Positions 27,866-37,431 of a stretch of DNA of 52,832 bases are shown here, one piece after another (position 1 is the stretch's first letter; each line of letters starts with the position of its first letter). The stretch comes from an uncultured Acidobacteriaceae bacterium (GTDB lineage Bacteria > Acidobacteriota > Terriglobia > Terriglobales > Acidobacteriaceae). The position numbers and the translations under genes were made by a program. The DNA lies in the NCBI GenBank assembly GCA_964246125.1, contig CAXTPN010000002.1:1-52832 (forward strand), written 5' to 3'. The notes beneath the pieces are model-generated. The model was given only the letters and a program-made list of their open reading frames with translations, did no database searches and had not been told where the DNA came from.

Positions 27866-29215
27866 TCACGCCACGATGGACGCCCGTATGGCCTGTGAGA
27901 AGCTGATGTCTGCCGCTCGCGTTGTAAGTATGGATGGCTGCTGCATAAAGATTGCAGCCGTCAAGTCAAGCTCTGGATCCGCCCAGCTATCCGTTCCGTA
28001 GGCTCCCGGCCACCCGGAACTTCCTGCTCCTCGCTTCGATTCTGCGGCCTTCGGGTCAAGCGTCACAGCGACACCTAACCCAAAACCTTGTCCGGCGGTC
28101 ATGGCTGGAAACTGTGGGATTGCGTGAACATAAAGCTCACCGATTTGGTTGGTAGACATGAGAACGATCGACTCAGGCTTGAGCAGGCGCTTGCCATTAA
28201 GCTCCCCTTTGTTGAGGCGCATCTCCTGAAATTGCATGAAGTCGCGGGCGGTGCTGAGGAGACCACCAGCGCCGGATATGTATGGCGCAGGACCGAGGGG
28301 AAAGTAGGGAGTAACGGGGGCCCAAGCGTCGGCTTTGCGGTCGTACACCTTCACCACCCGGGACTCCTTATCCTTCGGCAAACTGAAGTAGGTGTCGTAC
28401 ATATCCAGCGGGCTCAGGATTCGCTCTCGTACAAACTGTTCCGCCGGCCTGCCCGAGGTGATTTCTACGATTGCCAACAGGACGTCGAACCCGTCAAGTG
28501 GCGAATAGGCGAAGTGGTCGCCGGGGTGGAAGTCTAAAGGCACGGCCCCTAGCCGTGCGGCGCGCGCGGCCAGCGTTTCACCAGGAGGAGGTGGCGGGGG
28601 GACAACGGGACCGAGCAATGAACTCGGGCCCTGAGTCGAAAAACCCGCAGTATGCGTGAGCAAGTCTTTGATGGTGATTTCACGCTGTGCGGAGACGAGT
28701 TTGATCTGGGCCGCAATCTGCTCGCGCTGACTCGGGTCCGCGTAGACCTTCTCCCATCCCTGAGGCGCCACCGCCACCTTTTGGTTGGCGAAACTGGGAA
28801 TGAAGCGACTTACCTTATCATCTAGCTTTAGCTTGCCGGCCTCAATCATCATCATGATCGCTGCCGCTGTGACAGGTTTGGTGGCGGACATCATCCTAAA
28901 GATACTGTCCTTCTGCATGGGGGTCTTGGCTTCAACATCGCTGACTCCAAACGCCTCATAGCAGACCAGTTTGTTATGACGCGCTACTGCGATGACCGCC
29001 CCAAACAGATTGTTGTCTGTGATTTGCTTATGGAGCGCAGCACGAACTCCGTCCAAGCCAGCCCCGGACATTCCGACTTCTTCAGGCTGGTAGAGCTTCC
29101 AGTCGAAGTGACCATGCTTTTGCGGTTGTGCACACAACGGCCGAAATACCGTACCGGCTAAAGAGACCGCTCCCAGGCGGAGGAAATCACGGCGCGCAAT
29201 CAGATTCGGCTTCAT
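27866..29215 (-). CDS. Serine hydrolase, beta-lactamase-related (family VIII esterase-like), Tat-exported
   Basis: ARRDFL Tat motif; FRMMSATK (SxxK), LLTHTAG, PG..FAYS, GAGGLLST, GWPGAYGT. Confidence 0.88.
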   Translation of the reverse strand: MKPNLIARRDFLRLGAVSLAGTVFRPLCAQPQKHGHFDWKLYQPEEVGMSGAGLDGVRAALHKQITDNNLFGAVIAVARHNKLVCYEAFGVSDVEAKTPMQKDSIFRMMSATKPVTAAAIMMMIEAGKLKLDDKVSRFIPSFANQKVAVAPQGWEKVYADPSQREQIAAQIKLVSAQREITIKDLLTHTAGFSTQGPSSLLGPVVPPPPPPGETLAARAARLGAVPLDFHPGDHFAYSPLDGFDVLLAIVEITSGRPAEQFVRERILSPLDMYDTYFSLPKDKESRVVKVYDRKADAWAPVTPYFPLGPAPYISGAGGLLSTARDFMQFQEMRLNKGELNGKRLLKPESIVLMSTNQIGELYVHAIPQFPAMTAGQGFGLGVAVTLDPKAAESKRGAGSSGWPGAYGTDSWADPELDLTAAIFMQQPSILTTRAADISFSQAIRASIVA

Positions 29216-29453
29216 ACCTTCACCTTCGATCGTTACGAGGCCTAAAGGCCCCTGTATAAAACGTGGCATGTCCTGCCGTTCGTTGCTGCTTCCATGCAAA
29301 CCTCGGGATCGGTCAGGAATGCAATCGTTCTATGTTTAATACGGGATAGCGCGCACTCTTATCGCCCACGGCAGAGATGGTTGAGAATTTCCTCTTAGAG
29401 CAAATTACGAGTTTCCTCAGCATCTCCTAAGAGCCTGTGCGCTTCATCCGTTT

Positions 29454-29524
29454 CGGCAGTCAACGTAGCATTTGACACATTCTGCCACAGAGCGACGATA
29501 GTCAGATTAGGAAAGGCTTGTCAA
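29454..29524 (-). promoter_or_regulatory. Tandem operator (copy 4) with promoter, upstream of the esterase-DUF1593 gene cluster
   Basis: CGGCA-GTCAA-CGTAG (29454-29468) and TGACA-CATTC-TGCCA (29473-29487). Minus TTGACA (29524-29519)-N18-TATCGT (29500-29495). Confidence 0.8.
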
Positions 29525-29648
29525 GGATTTTTCCTGCCCCTTCTCAAAAGGCTACAGATCACATTGGCTGACTGGCGCTGACGCTCGAGATTGCATGAGC
29601 TCGGTCTCGCTCGGATGGTCCGCGTGCGAGGCGCCGGACAAGTCTCCT

Positions 29649-32099
29649 TCACGGTCGAGGTAGATCCAGCACTTGGGACCCCGCGTGAAGAGTGTGGACG
29701 GAACCTTGCCAGACCAAGGTCCCAGGCAGCCCGGCCGGCAAGTTGATCGTCGCCTTCATCGCCGTCGAACTGACTTCATAATCAACAGCCACAAGTCCAT
29801 GGGGGGTTGGCAACTCTGCGTGTACGTGACGCAAGCCTCCCAAATGCGGCTCAAGCCGCACGCTGTGAAATCCAGCTTCTGAAGGGGAAATGCCGGCCAC
29901 GACCGTGAGCAGATCATAGTTGGGATGGGAACTCCACGCATGAGAGTCGGATCGAGTTGGCTCAGGATTCTCCTGCCACGTCGTGAGGCCGTTCGCGAGC
30001 ATCGCCTTCCACGGTCCGAGCGTAGGAAGGTATTCGTCACCCAGACCGGCGTGCAGCATCGCTCGAGCAATATAGAACCGATAATAGAAAGACGCAGTTG
30101 CAAGGTGAGTTGCAGGATTTGGGCGGTCGGCTGCCAACACCCGTCGCATCACGCTAGCCTGCTCTGGAACTGGGATGACGTCCAACCAGACACCGAAGGA
30201 GTTCGCGTGCTGACTAAACTGTTTTTTATCCGGTGTGTCTGCCAGCAAATGTTTATCGGCATCCCAGCAGAGCTTGAGGATGGCTGCCGACAACGAATCG
30301 GCCTCTGCGGCATCCTGCACTGCCAGCGCCTCATTTCCTACGGATGCTTCGAGTGCCGCGGCGTTCCGGAGCGCCTCAAGAAACTGAAGACTCAGGATGG
30401 CCGATTCGCCCTGCGATGTTTGTGGGGGCTCTCCACGGGTGAAGTCGTTTGTCCAATCCACGAAAGACCACCAAGGAAGATGACCGAGAAGGAGATTGCT
30501 GTTCTGTCGAGCGCGAAACCAATCCAGCGTGCTTCGAACCACTGGCATTTGCGTTCGCACGAAGGCCGGATCATCTCTATAGGTTGCAAAATCGCGCACC
30601 ATGCCAATCCAATAAAGCGAGAACCCCGGAATGACCTGAAAATCGTTAGAGGGATAGCGGCTCTGCGAAATGCCCTCAGAAATGACCGAATCGTGGAAAG
30701 CTGAGATGGCTTGACGTGCAAGGCGGTCGTCTCCCGCAACGGCGTACGAGATCAAGGCTTGTACGCGAGTGTCACCAACGTATTGCAATCGCTCCCAATA
30801 CGGTGTGTCCATATAAGTGTCATGTGCGCAGAGCCTCGCCGTACGCCAGCCGACATCCCATATTGCCTTAAGCGAAAGATCGTCGGAGCTGAATGAGCCC
30901 AGCTCCTGAAAGGGATATGCCGTACGCCAGGTCTCGAGGCTGTCGAGAGCGACCGGCATGTCCTCAGTTTCTACATCTAGTTGTAAGTAACGCCACGTCC
31001 GCCAGTCGAGTGGCGCATACTTGCGGCTGCCTCCCCCATCGAGCAAGAATTCATCGGCGACGCCCATGATGTGCTTGCCCTCAATAACATTGCGGTTCCC
31101 TTTGCTTCCGTCCGGATTGTAAAGAGCCTCGGCGTAGGTGATTCTGACTCTTGCATTTGCGCCCCCGCTTACGTTGAGTTCCGGGAAAGCTGTAGTCAGT
31201 TCTCCGCGATCGACGAGCAGAGACGCTTTGGTATGCGATGGGATTACCACGGGTGCATTGGGAAACGTACCCGCTGAAAGCAGATTGGATGCTCGAACGA
31301 CTCGTCCAGTGTCTACCCGGATCCGTTCCATCGGTGGTAGCGGATCAGGCACCAGTTGCCATTCGTTGACCGAGAAGGAAGTTCCCTTAGAGAAAGCAGG
31401 ACCCACGATAGCAGCCTGCTTCCATTGCGATGCTGTTATGTCCGTCCTTACAGACTTCTCCCAGTTCCAGATAGCGCGCCGACCATCGAAACGCTCGGCT
31501 GGAGAACTGACGTAGTAATTTGTCTCAAGTTCAGAAGTCCTCGGCAAGGTGCTGAAACTGGGATCGACCGCAACTTGCCAACTTGTATTTGAGCGAATTG
31601 ACTGCTCGGCCTCTGTGTCACCCTCCATCAGGAAGGCGGTGCGGTCGGTGATTTGTCGCAAGGGAGCGTCTGTGCCCAGATTCCAAACGGTAGCAGCCAC
31701 CTGGTTCACGCCTACGTGAAGAAACGGAGCGAGGTCATACGTCTCGAAACGCCAATGCTGTAAATCACTGTGGGCGGGTCCAGAACCAACCAGCTTTCCA
31801 TTGACCAAAAGTAGAAACTGATTGTCCGCGGAAACATGAACAACAAAGTGCGCAGGAGCCGCCTCAAGCGTGATCTCCTTTCGCAAGCGGAGCATGCACG
31901 CTTCCTTCCGCGGGGCATCAACGCTGGTAATCCACTGCGCCAGCCATGTCCTTGGGGAGCCTAGGTTGACTGCTTGTCCCATTGCCGAGTACGCAACAAG
32001 CACAGTTACCAGCGCTGTATAGCGCCTGAAAGGTGACATCCGGGAAAGCACTTTGGAGTTTTGGCTAATACGAATGGAACACATCGGGTAGGACCTCAT
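29649..32099 (-). CDS. Second, divergent GH78 alpha-L-rhamnosidase family protein
   Basis: HVSADNQF, WRTWRYLQL, CAHDTYMDTPYWERLQYVGD, FVDW, GLTTWQE..RSDSHAWSSHP. Start codon uncertain. Confidence 0.88.
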   Translation of the reverse strand: MRSYPMCSIRISQNSKVLSRMSPFRRYTALVTVLVAYSAMGQAVNLGSPRTWLAQWITSVDAPRKEACMLRLRKEITLEAAPAHFVVHVSADNQFLLLVNGKLVGSGPAHSDLQHWRFETYDLAPFLHVGVNQVAATVWNLGTDAPLRQITDRTAFLMEGDTEAEQSIRSNTSWQVAVDPSFSTLPRTSELETNYYVSSPAERFDGRRAIWNWEKSVRTDITASQWKQAAIVGPAFSKGTSFSVNEWQLVPDPLPPMERIRVDTGRVVRASNLLSAGTFPNAPVVIPSHTKASLLVDRGELTTAFPELNVSGGANARVRITYAEALYNPDGSKGNRNVIEGKHIMGVADEFLLDGGGSRKYAPLDWRTWRYLQLDVETEDMPVALDSLETWRTAYPFQELGSFSSDDLSLKAIWDVGWRTARLCAHDTYMDTPYWERLQYVGDTRVQALISYAVAGDDRLARQAISAFHDSVISEGISQSRYPSNDFQVIPGFSLYWIGMVRDFATYRDDPAFVRTQMPVVRSTLDWFRARQNSNLLLGHLPWWSFVDWTNDFTRGEPPQTSQGESAILSLQFLEALRNAAALEASVGNEALAVQDAAEADSLSAAILKLCWDADKHLLADTPDKKQFSQHANSFGVWLDVIPVPEQASVMRRVLAADRPNPATHLATASFYYRFYIARAMLHAGLGDEYLPTLGPWKAMLANGLTTWQENPEPTRSDSHAWSSHPNYDLLTVVAGISPSEAGFHSVRLEPHLGGLRHVHAELPTPHGLVAVDYEVSSTAMKATINLPAGLPGTLVWQGSVHTLHAGSQVLDLPRP

Positions 32100-32290
32100 G
32101 GAGAATGCAAGACTTCGAGACGGTCTAAGGGCGCTTGAAGAGTAGCCGAGTGGCCTGAGAAACGGGTGGCTCCTGCTTCGTGGCGCGGATTTGTCAGTGC
32201 AGCCAGAGCTCTGGGTATCATTTCTGGGAGACCGCCCCCAACAGCGCGCCGTCAGTTATCTTCCCCGCATCTCCTCTGCGAAGCGGCAGC

Positions 32291-34669
32291 TCACGGCTGC
32301 ACCTGCAGCCGTACTTTGTTTTCAGTGGTTGAAGTGTCTCCTATGAAAATGTCAACTGATCCGGGCTCGACCACTTTCTGCATAGCCACATTCCAAACAA
32401 AGAGTTCTTCCGGTCCCACATGGAAAGTAACGGTCTTCACCTCCCCTGGCTCCAGGTGTACCCGCTCGAAAGCGCGAAGCATGATTACCGGCTGCACCGT
32501 GCTGCTTACCGTATGGTGGATGTACATCTGCGCCACCTCGCCGCCAGCGCGCTTTCCCGTATTCCTGACCGTAAACGAAACCGTCGCAGTATCCGAGGTC
32601 GAGATACTTGCCTTGTTCAACGTTGGGACCCCGAACCTAAAGCTTGTGTAGGTCATCCCGAAGCCGAAAGAGTAAAGCGGAGAGTTGTCATCGAACACGT
32701 ACCCTCGGCGAGCGGCAGGGGTCTTGTAGTAGTAGACGGGCAGTTGCCCCACGTTGCGGGGTATGGTCACCGGCAAGTGGCCTGAGGGATTTACGTCGCC
32801 AAAGAGAACACCCGCGATCGCGTTCCCCGTCTCCTGCCCGAGGTACCACCCTTCGAGAATCGCCGAAACGCGATGAGACAGCAAGTCAAGAGAGTACGCC
32901 TTGCCATTCAGCAACACAGCTACAGTTGGCTTCTTGAGTTGGGAGAGTCGTTCAATCAGTTCGTCTTGGCGTCCTGGCAGCTCGAGCGAGTCTGAGTCGC
33001 CATAGACCGGCTTCGCCATCCCGATGTCGCCGAGTGCTTCACGTGACACAACCTCGTTACCTCCGAGCACTAGCACGACCAGGTCCGCTGTCTTTGCCAC
33101 CTTTATCGCTTCCTGCATCAGCTTCCTGTCGGTCTCTTCCGAGGGCGCCTCGTAGGGCGCAATGCCATTCCTGTTAGGGGCGGTGTCCAAAGCCGATATT
33201 CGGCAGCCTTCTGCGTATACCACGCGCATTCCGTTCCCGGCACGCCGCTTGATCCCTTCCAGCACAGAGACGTAAGTCTTCGGAATTGCACTATACCCGC
33301 CCAGTCGTACCTTATTCGCGTTGGGACCGATTACTGCGATTGTCCGGATTCTCGCTGCGCCCAAAGGCAGGATGTCGTGGTCGTTCTTGAGCAAGATGAT
33401 CGCTTCATCTGCGGCTCTCCGAGCGAGCGGCGAGGCGGCCGGACTGCCGACCTCTGACACAGCCCGATCTTCATCGACAAAAGGCTGATCGAAAAGACCT
33501 GCTCGAAATTTCGCCATCAACACGCGGGAAACGGACTTATCGACGTCGCTCTCGCTGAGTCTGCCGGATCGGACATCCGTTGCTAGGCCGGGAAATGCGA
33601 CAGCCTCCGGAAGCTCCATATCAAGCCCGGATCTAAAAGCAAGCAAACCTGCGTCTGCTAAGTCAGTGGCGACATGGTGCACTGTATACAGTTGATCAAC
33701 GGCCCCGTAATCCGAGGCAGTAATGCCTTGGAAGCCCCACTCTCCGCGCAGCAAGTCGCGCAGCAGCCAGGAGTTCGCACTGGAAGGTATGCCGCCACGT
33801 GTCTCGTTGTACGAGGGCAAAATCACTTCGATATGAGCGTCCTTGACAGCGTGCTCGAAGGGCACCAGAAAGATACTTCGCATCGTCCGCTCGGAATAAT
33901 CACTGGGCCCGGAATTCGTCCCATTCTCGGGTTGACCGTGAATAAAGTGCTTCGCGGTGGCGAAGACGTGCTCGTGGTCCAGCAGGTCCGACGACCCTTG
34001 CAAAGCACGTATTGCAGCGACGCCAAGCGTTGATACGAGGAAGGGATCTTCCGAGTACATCTCCTCGACACGACCGAATCGCGGGTCACGACTCAAATCC
34101 AGTACGGGCGACAGAGTGAGCGTGTTTCCCAATGCCCGTTCTTCGAGAGCAATCCGGGAGTACACCTTTGTCAGCAGTTCGGGATCCCATGTGCTCCCCA
34201 GGGCGACCGCCTGCGGAAATGAGGTGGCACCTTTTACCACCGCGCCGTGCAGAGCCTCTCCGTGGAACAAGAGCGGGATGCCGAGTCGCGTGTTGTCCTT
34301 GACCCAGTGCTGGAGCAGGTTGCGGCGGTGAGCCTCGGTGCGAACATCTTCCGGTCCGTCAGGAACTCCGTTGAATTCGTCAAGGAACGCGAACGTTCCC
34401 AGACCAAGCCCGAACATCTTCTTTGCCGCGGCCTGGCTCAGTGTATTGCCTTCGAACAACTGTGAGCCGGGACTGCTCAGATACGGAGGCCGATTGAGCC
34501 CAGATTCCAACTGCGCGATTTTCTCTTCGAGCGTCATCCGAGACAGAAGATCCGCAACGCGCGCGGACATAGCCGCCTGTGAGTCTTGATAGACAGGCTC
34601 CGGTGGCGTCTGAGCGATGGACGGCAGGAAGCAGAAAGAAAAGACAAGGGCAGCGATGGCAACTCTCAT
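32291..34669 (-). CDS. GH3 beta-glucosidase/beta-xylosidase, secreted
   Basis: RMTLEEK, TRLGIP, EALHG, RDPRFGRVEE..EDP, AKHF, nucleophile motif ASDY, LLKND, C-terminal FnIII-like domain. Confidence 0.93.
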   Translation of the reverse strand: MRVAIAALVFSFCFLPSIAQTPPEPVYQDSQAAMSARVADLLSRMTLEEKIAQLESGLNRPPYLSSPGSQLFEGNTLSQAAAKKMFGLGLGTFAFLDEFNGVPDGPEDVRTEAHRRNLLQHWVKDNTRLGIPLLFHGEALHGAVVKGATSFPQAVALGSTWDPELLTKVYSRIALEERALGNTLTLSPVLDLSRDPRFGRVEEMYSEDPFLVSTLGVAAIRALQGSSDLLDHEHVFATAKHFIHGQPENGTNSGPSDYSERTMRSIFLVPFEHAVKDAHIEVILPSYNETRGGIPSSANSWLLRDLLRGEWGFQGITASDYGAVDQLYTVHHVATDLADAGLLAFRSGLDMELPEAVAFPGLATDVRSGRLSESDVDKSVSRVLMAKFRAGLFDQPFVDEDRAVSEVGSPAASPLARRAADEAIILLKNDHDILPLGAARIRTIAVIGPNANKVRLGGYSAIPKTYVSVLEGIKRRAGNGMRVVYAEGCRISALDTAPNRNGIAPYEAPSEETDRKLMQEAIKVAKTADLVVLVLGGNEVVSREALGDIGMAKPVYGDSDSLELPGRQDELIERLSQLKKPTVAVLLNGKAYSLDLLSHRVSAILEGWYLGQETGNAIAGVLFGDVNPSGHLPVTIPRNVGQLPVYYYKTPAARRGYVFDDNSPLYSFGFGMTYTSFRFGVPTLNKASISTSDTATVSFTVRNTGKRAGGEVAQMYIHHTVSSTVQPVIMLRAFERVHLEPGEVKTVTFHVGPEELFVWNVAMQKVVEPGSVDIFIGDTSTTENKVRLQVQP

Positions 34670-34874
34670 TATTTGGATATCCCCTGATCCGGAAAGTCTC
34701 TGGCCTCAATGTGATTGATCAAAGTTCTCTGCCCAACGAGCGGCGATCGGAACAAATGACCGCAACAGTCGAGGCCCATCACGTTGGGAGCGGACAAAAT
34801 ACGGCATACCAACGCGACTTCTCTTATGGCTTCATTGGCAAGCTCGTCATCAACGTGAATGCAAATTACCTCCG

Positions 34875-35735
34875 TTAGCCGTGAAGTGATTGCGCATACG
34901 AGACGACCTGCTGTCTTTGCTCCCCGAGGCCCTCAATGCCAAGCGTGATCTGATTGCCGGGTCGAAGGTAGACCGGAGGTTTCTGGCCGAAGCCGACGCC
35001 GGGAGGAGTGCCGGTTGCGATGATGTCTCCCGGCTTCAGACTCATGAAGCGGCTGAGATAGCTGATTAGGAAAGCCACGCCAAAGACCATCGTCTTCGTT
35101 GAACCATCTTGGTAGCCATGATCATCTACTTTCAGCCAGAGATGTAGGTTCTGGGGGTCAGGAACCTCGTCCCGCGTGACCAGGAAGGGGCCGATCGGAC
35201 CGAAGCTGTCAGCGCTTTTGCCCTTTACCCACTGACCCGTTCCTTCGAGCTGAAACGCACGCTCGGAAACGTCGTTCACCACACAGTATCCGGCCACGTG
35301 CGCAAGAGCCTCCTGCTCTGGAACGTACTTTGCTTCCTTGCCGATGACGACCCCAAGCTCAACCTCCCAATCCGTCTTCACGGAGTCTTTTGGGATTATG
35401 ACCTCGTCGTTGGGACCGACGATAGAAGACGTTGCCTTCATAAAGACAATCGGTTCGGATGGAATCACCATCCCGGACTCGGCGGCATGGTCCGCGTAAT
35501 TCAGACCGATGCACAAGAACTTGCCCACCCCTGACACGCAGGGTCCACGCCTGACATTCGGATCTACCAAAGGCAACGAAAAAAGGTCAAGATTCCTCAG
35601 CCGCTCGAACATCTCGTCGCTCAGCTCATCGCCGCCCAAGTCTCTCAAGTGTGCCGAAAGATCTCTGATCCCGCCTTGATCGTCCACAACGCCTGGTCGT
35701 TCTTCCCCTTTTAGCCCGTAGCGTAATAGTTTCAT
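34875..35735 (-). CDS. Fumarylacetoacetate hydrolase family protein (candidate 2,4-diketo-3-deoxy sugar acid hydrolase)
   Basis: MKLLRYG..E.PG, CIGLNYADHAAE, DWEVELG, NDVSER, QWVKGK, GDIIATGTPPGVG. AAGGAG before the ATG at 35735. Confidence 0.9.
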   Translation of the reverse strand: MKLLRYGLKGEERPGVVDDQGGIRDLSAHLRDLGGDELSDEMFERLRNLDLFSLPLVDPNVRRGPCVSGVGKFLCIGLNYADHAAESGMVIPSEPIVFMKATSSIVGPNDEVIIPKDSVKTDWEVELGVVIGKEAKYVPEQEALAHVAGYCVVNDVSERAFQLEGTGQWVKGKSADSFGPIGPFLVTRDEVPDPQNLHLWLKVDDHGYQDGSTKTMVFGVAFLISYLSRFMSLKPGDIIATGTPPGVGFGQKPPVYLRPGNQITLGIEGLGEQRQQVVSYAQSLHG

Positions 35736-35760
35736 CTCTTCTCCTTTCAAATGAGGCCCG

Positions 35761-36513
35761 CTAGTAAGTAGCCCGTCCGCCACTGAGATCGAAGACCGCG
35801 CCTGTTGTGAAGGAGTTCTCCTCCGACACAAGCCAGGCGACCATTGAAGCGACCTCATCCACCTCTAAGAAGCGTCCACGCGGTATCCGCGACAGCATGA
35901 AATCAATATGCGCTTGGGACATCTGGTCAAAGATGGCGGTGCGTGCCGCCGCAGGGGTGATGCAGTTGACCGCAATGTTCTTGCCTGCCGTTTCCTTCCC
36001 TAAAGATTTTGTTAGCGCAATCACACCACTCTTAGAAGCGCTGTACGCAGAGGCGTTGGCATTTCCTTCCTTCCCTGCTATGGAAGCAACGTTGACTATA
36101 CGGCCATACCCACGCTCCATCATGTGCGGAACCACAGAACGACAACACAAAAACGTTCCGACTAAGTTGATTTCGATGACCTGCTTCCAGGCGTCAATCG
36201 GGTATTCCCAGGTTGTGTGATTTGGTCCTGCAATCCCGGCGTTGGCAACGAGAATGTCGATCTTGCCGAAACGTTCGATAGTCTGCTTTGTCGCAACGGC
36301 AACACTCGCGGCATCCGCGATGTCTACCTCAGCGGCCAATGCTTTCTCTCCCTGCTCAAGGCTACCGACAGTCTTCTCGAGCAGTGTTTTGTCGCGATCC
36401 CAGAGCGAAACGGAGGCACCGGACGCAAGCAGCCGTTTGGTGACCGAAAGACCGATGCCCTGTGCTGCACCGGTAACCACGGCGTGACGATTTTGCAAGT
36501 CAATCTGGTTCAT
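35761..36513 (-). CDS. SDR oxidoreductase (candidate 2-keto-3-deoxy sugar acid 4-dehydrogenase, LRA5-like)
   Basis: TGAAQGIG, ASIAGKEGN, YSASK, LTKSLGKE, FDLSGGRATY C-terminus; adjacent to the FAH gene. Confidence 0.88.
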   Translation of the reverse strand: MNQIDLQNRHAVVTGAAQGIGLSVTKRLLASGASVSLWDRDKTLLEKTVGSLEQGEKALAAEVDIADAASVAVATKQTIERFGKIDILVANAGIAGPNHTTWEYPIDAWKQVIEINLVGTFLCCRSVVPHMMERGYGRIVNVASIAGKEGNANASAYSASKSGVIALTKSLGKETAGKNIAVNCITPAAARTAIFDQMSQAHIDFMLSRIPRGRFLEVDEVASMVAWLVSEENSFTTGAVFDLSGGRATY

Positions 36514-36522
36514 AGATACCCT

Positions 36523-37431
36523 TCAATGCGTGAGTTGAATTCTTTGATTCGGAATTCGCGAAAAGTTTTCTGCAACACCGCGCACATCTGCAATACAGCT
36601 AAAAAGCGCCCCCGCGTGTGGGTCTTCAGCACTTCGCTGCGCCCCCCCGGCAGTGGTGATGTACATCTCATCAAAGTGTTCCCCGCCAAATGAAAGACTT
36701 GACGTTTTAGGGGTCGTCACTGCGACACGATCAATGACATCTCCCTGAGGGGACAGACGAACAACACAACCGCCATCCCAAAGCGCTGACCACAAGCAGC
36801 CGTCTGCGTCGATTGTGAGCCCGTCCGGAAGGCCTTCCCTTGCGAGAAAGCCGGCGAAGAGCGTTTTCTCTGCGATCTCACCAGTCTGAGCCGAATACTC
36901 GAAGCGGTAAATTTCACCACGAAATGAGTCGGTGTAAAACAGGCTGCGGTTTTCTAAACCGAAACTAAGGCCGTTGGAACATTCGACATCGCTTACGATG
37001 ACCCGCAAGCTGCCGTCGACATCGAGCCGGTAAAGAGAGCCGTTCCCCTGAGCAGACGCCATAGTGCCGCAAAATACGCGGCCACTGGAATCGGCAATCA
37101 CATCGTTGAAACGCGACTCCCGTTCTGCAGGAATTTCTTCGAGCAGCGGAAAGACGGAACCGTCTCGCCAGATAGCAATGCTTCCCCGGTCCAGAAAGAG
37201 GAGAAGACCGCCGCCCGCCTGAAACGTGAAGCCTCCGACAGGGCGTCCGCAGTAAATTTCCTCATGCAGGCGCGTCGTGGGATCGTATCGGTAGATGCGA
37301 CCGCGAAGGATATCCGTCCAATAGAGCTTTTGCTCTATCGGATGCCAAAGAGGATTCTCTCCTAATTCGAAGGGCATATCGACAATCGGCCAGGGGACGC
37401 GCGTCTGAGGGTTGGCGAAAAAGGCGCTCAT
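36523..37431 (-). CDS. SMP-30/gluconolactonase family sugar lactonase
   Basis: LGENPLW..LYWTDI, RFND..D..GR, SNGLSF, PDGLTIDADG.LWSA, FGG...MYITTA. Confidence 0.92.
   Translation of the reverse strand: MSAFFANPQTRVPWPIVDMPFELGENPLWHPIEQKLYWTDILRGRIYRYDPTTRLHEEIYCGRPVGGFTFQAGGGLLLFLDRGSIAIWRDGSVFPLLEEIPAERESRFNDVIADSSGRVFCGTMASAQGNGSLYRLDVDGSLRVIVSDVECSNGLSFGLENRSLFYTDSFRGEIYRFEYSAQTGEIAEKTLFAGFLAREGLPDGLTIDADGCLWSALWDGGCVVRLSPQGDVIDRVAVTTPKTSSLSFGGEHFDEMYITTAGGAQRSAEDPHAGALFSCIADVRGVAENFSRIPNQRIQLTH

Noticed and set aside
27866-29215. Beta-lactamase (antibiotic resistance) call
   Set aside because: The fold is shared, but the motifs and gene context fit family VIII esterases; nothing here supports resistance.
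32181-32196. TGGCGCGGATTTGTCA upstream of the second GH78 gene
   Set aside because: It is 16 bp rather than 15, the half-site is mismatched, and there is no partner unit or promoter.
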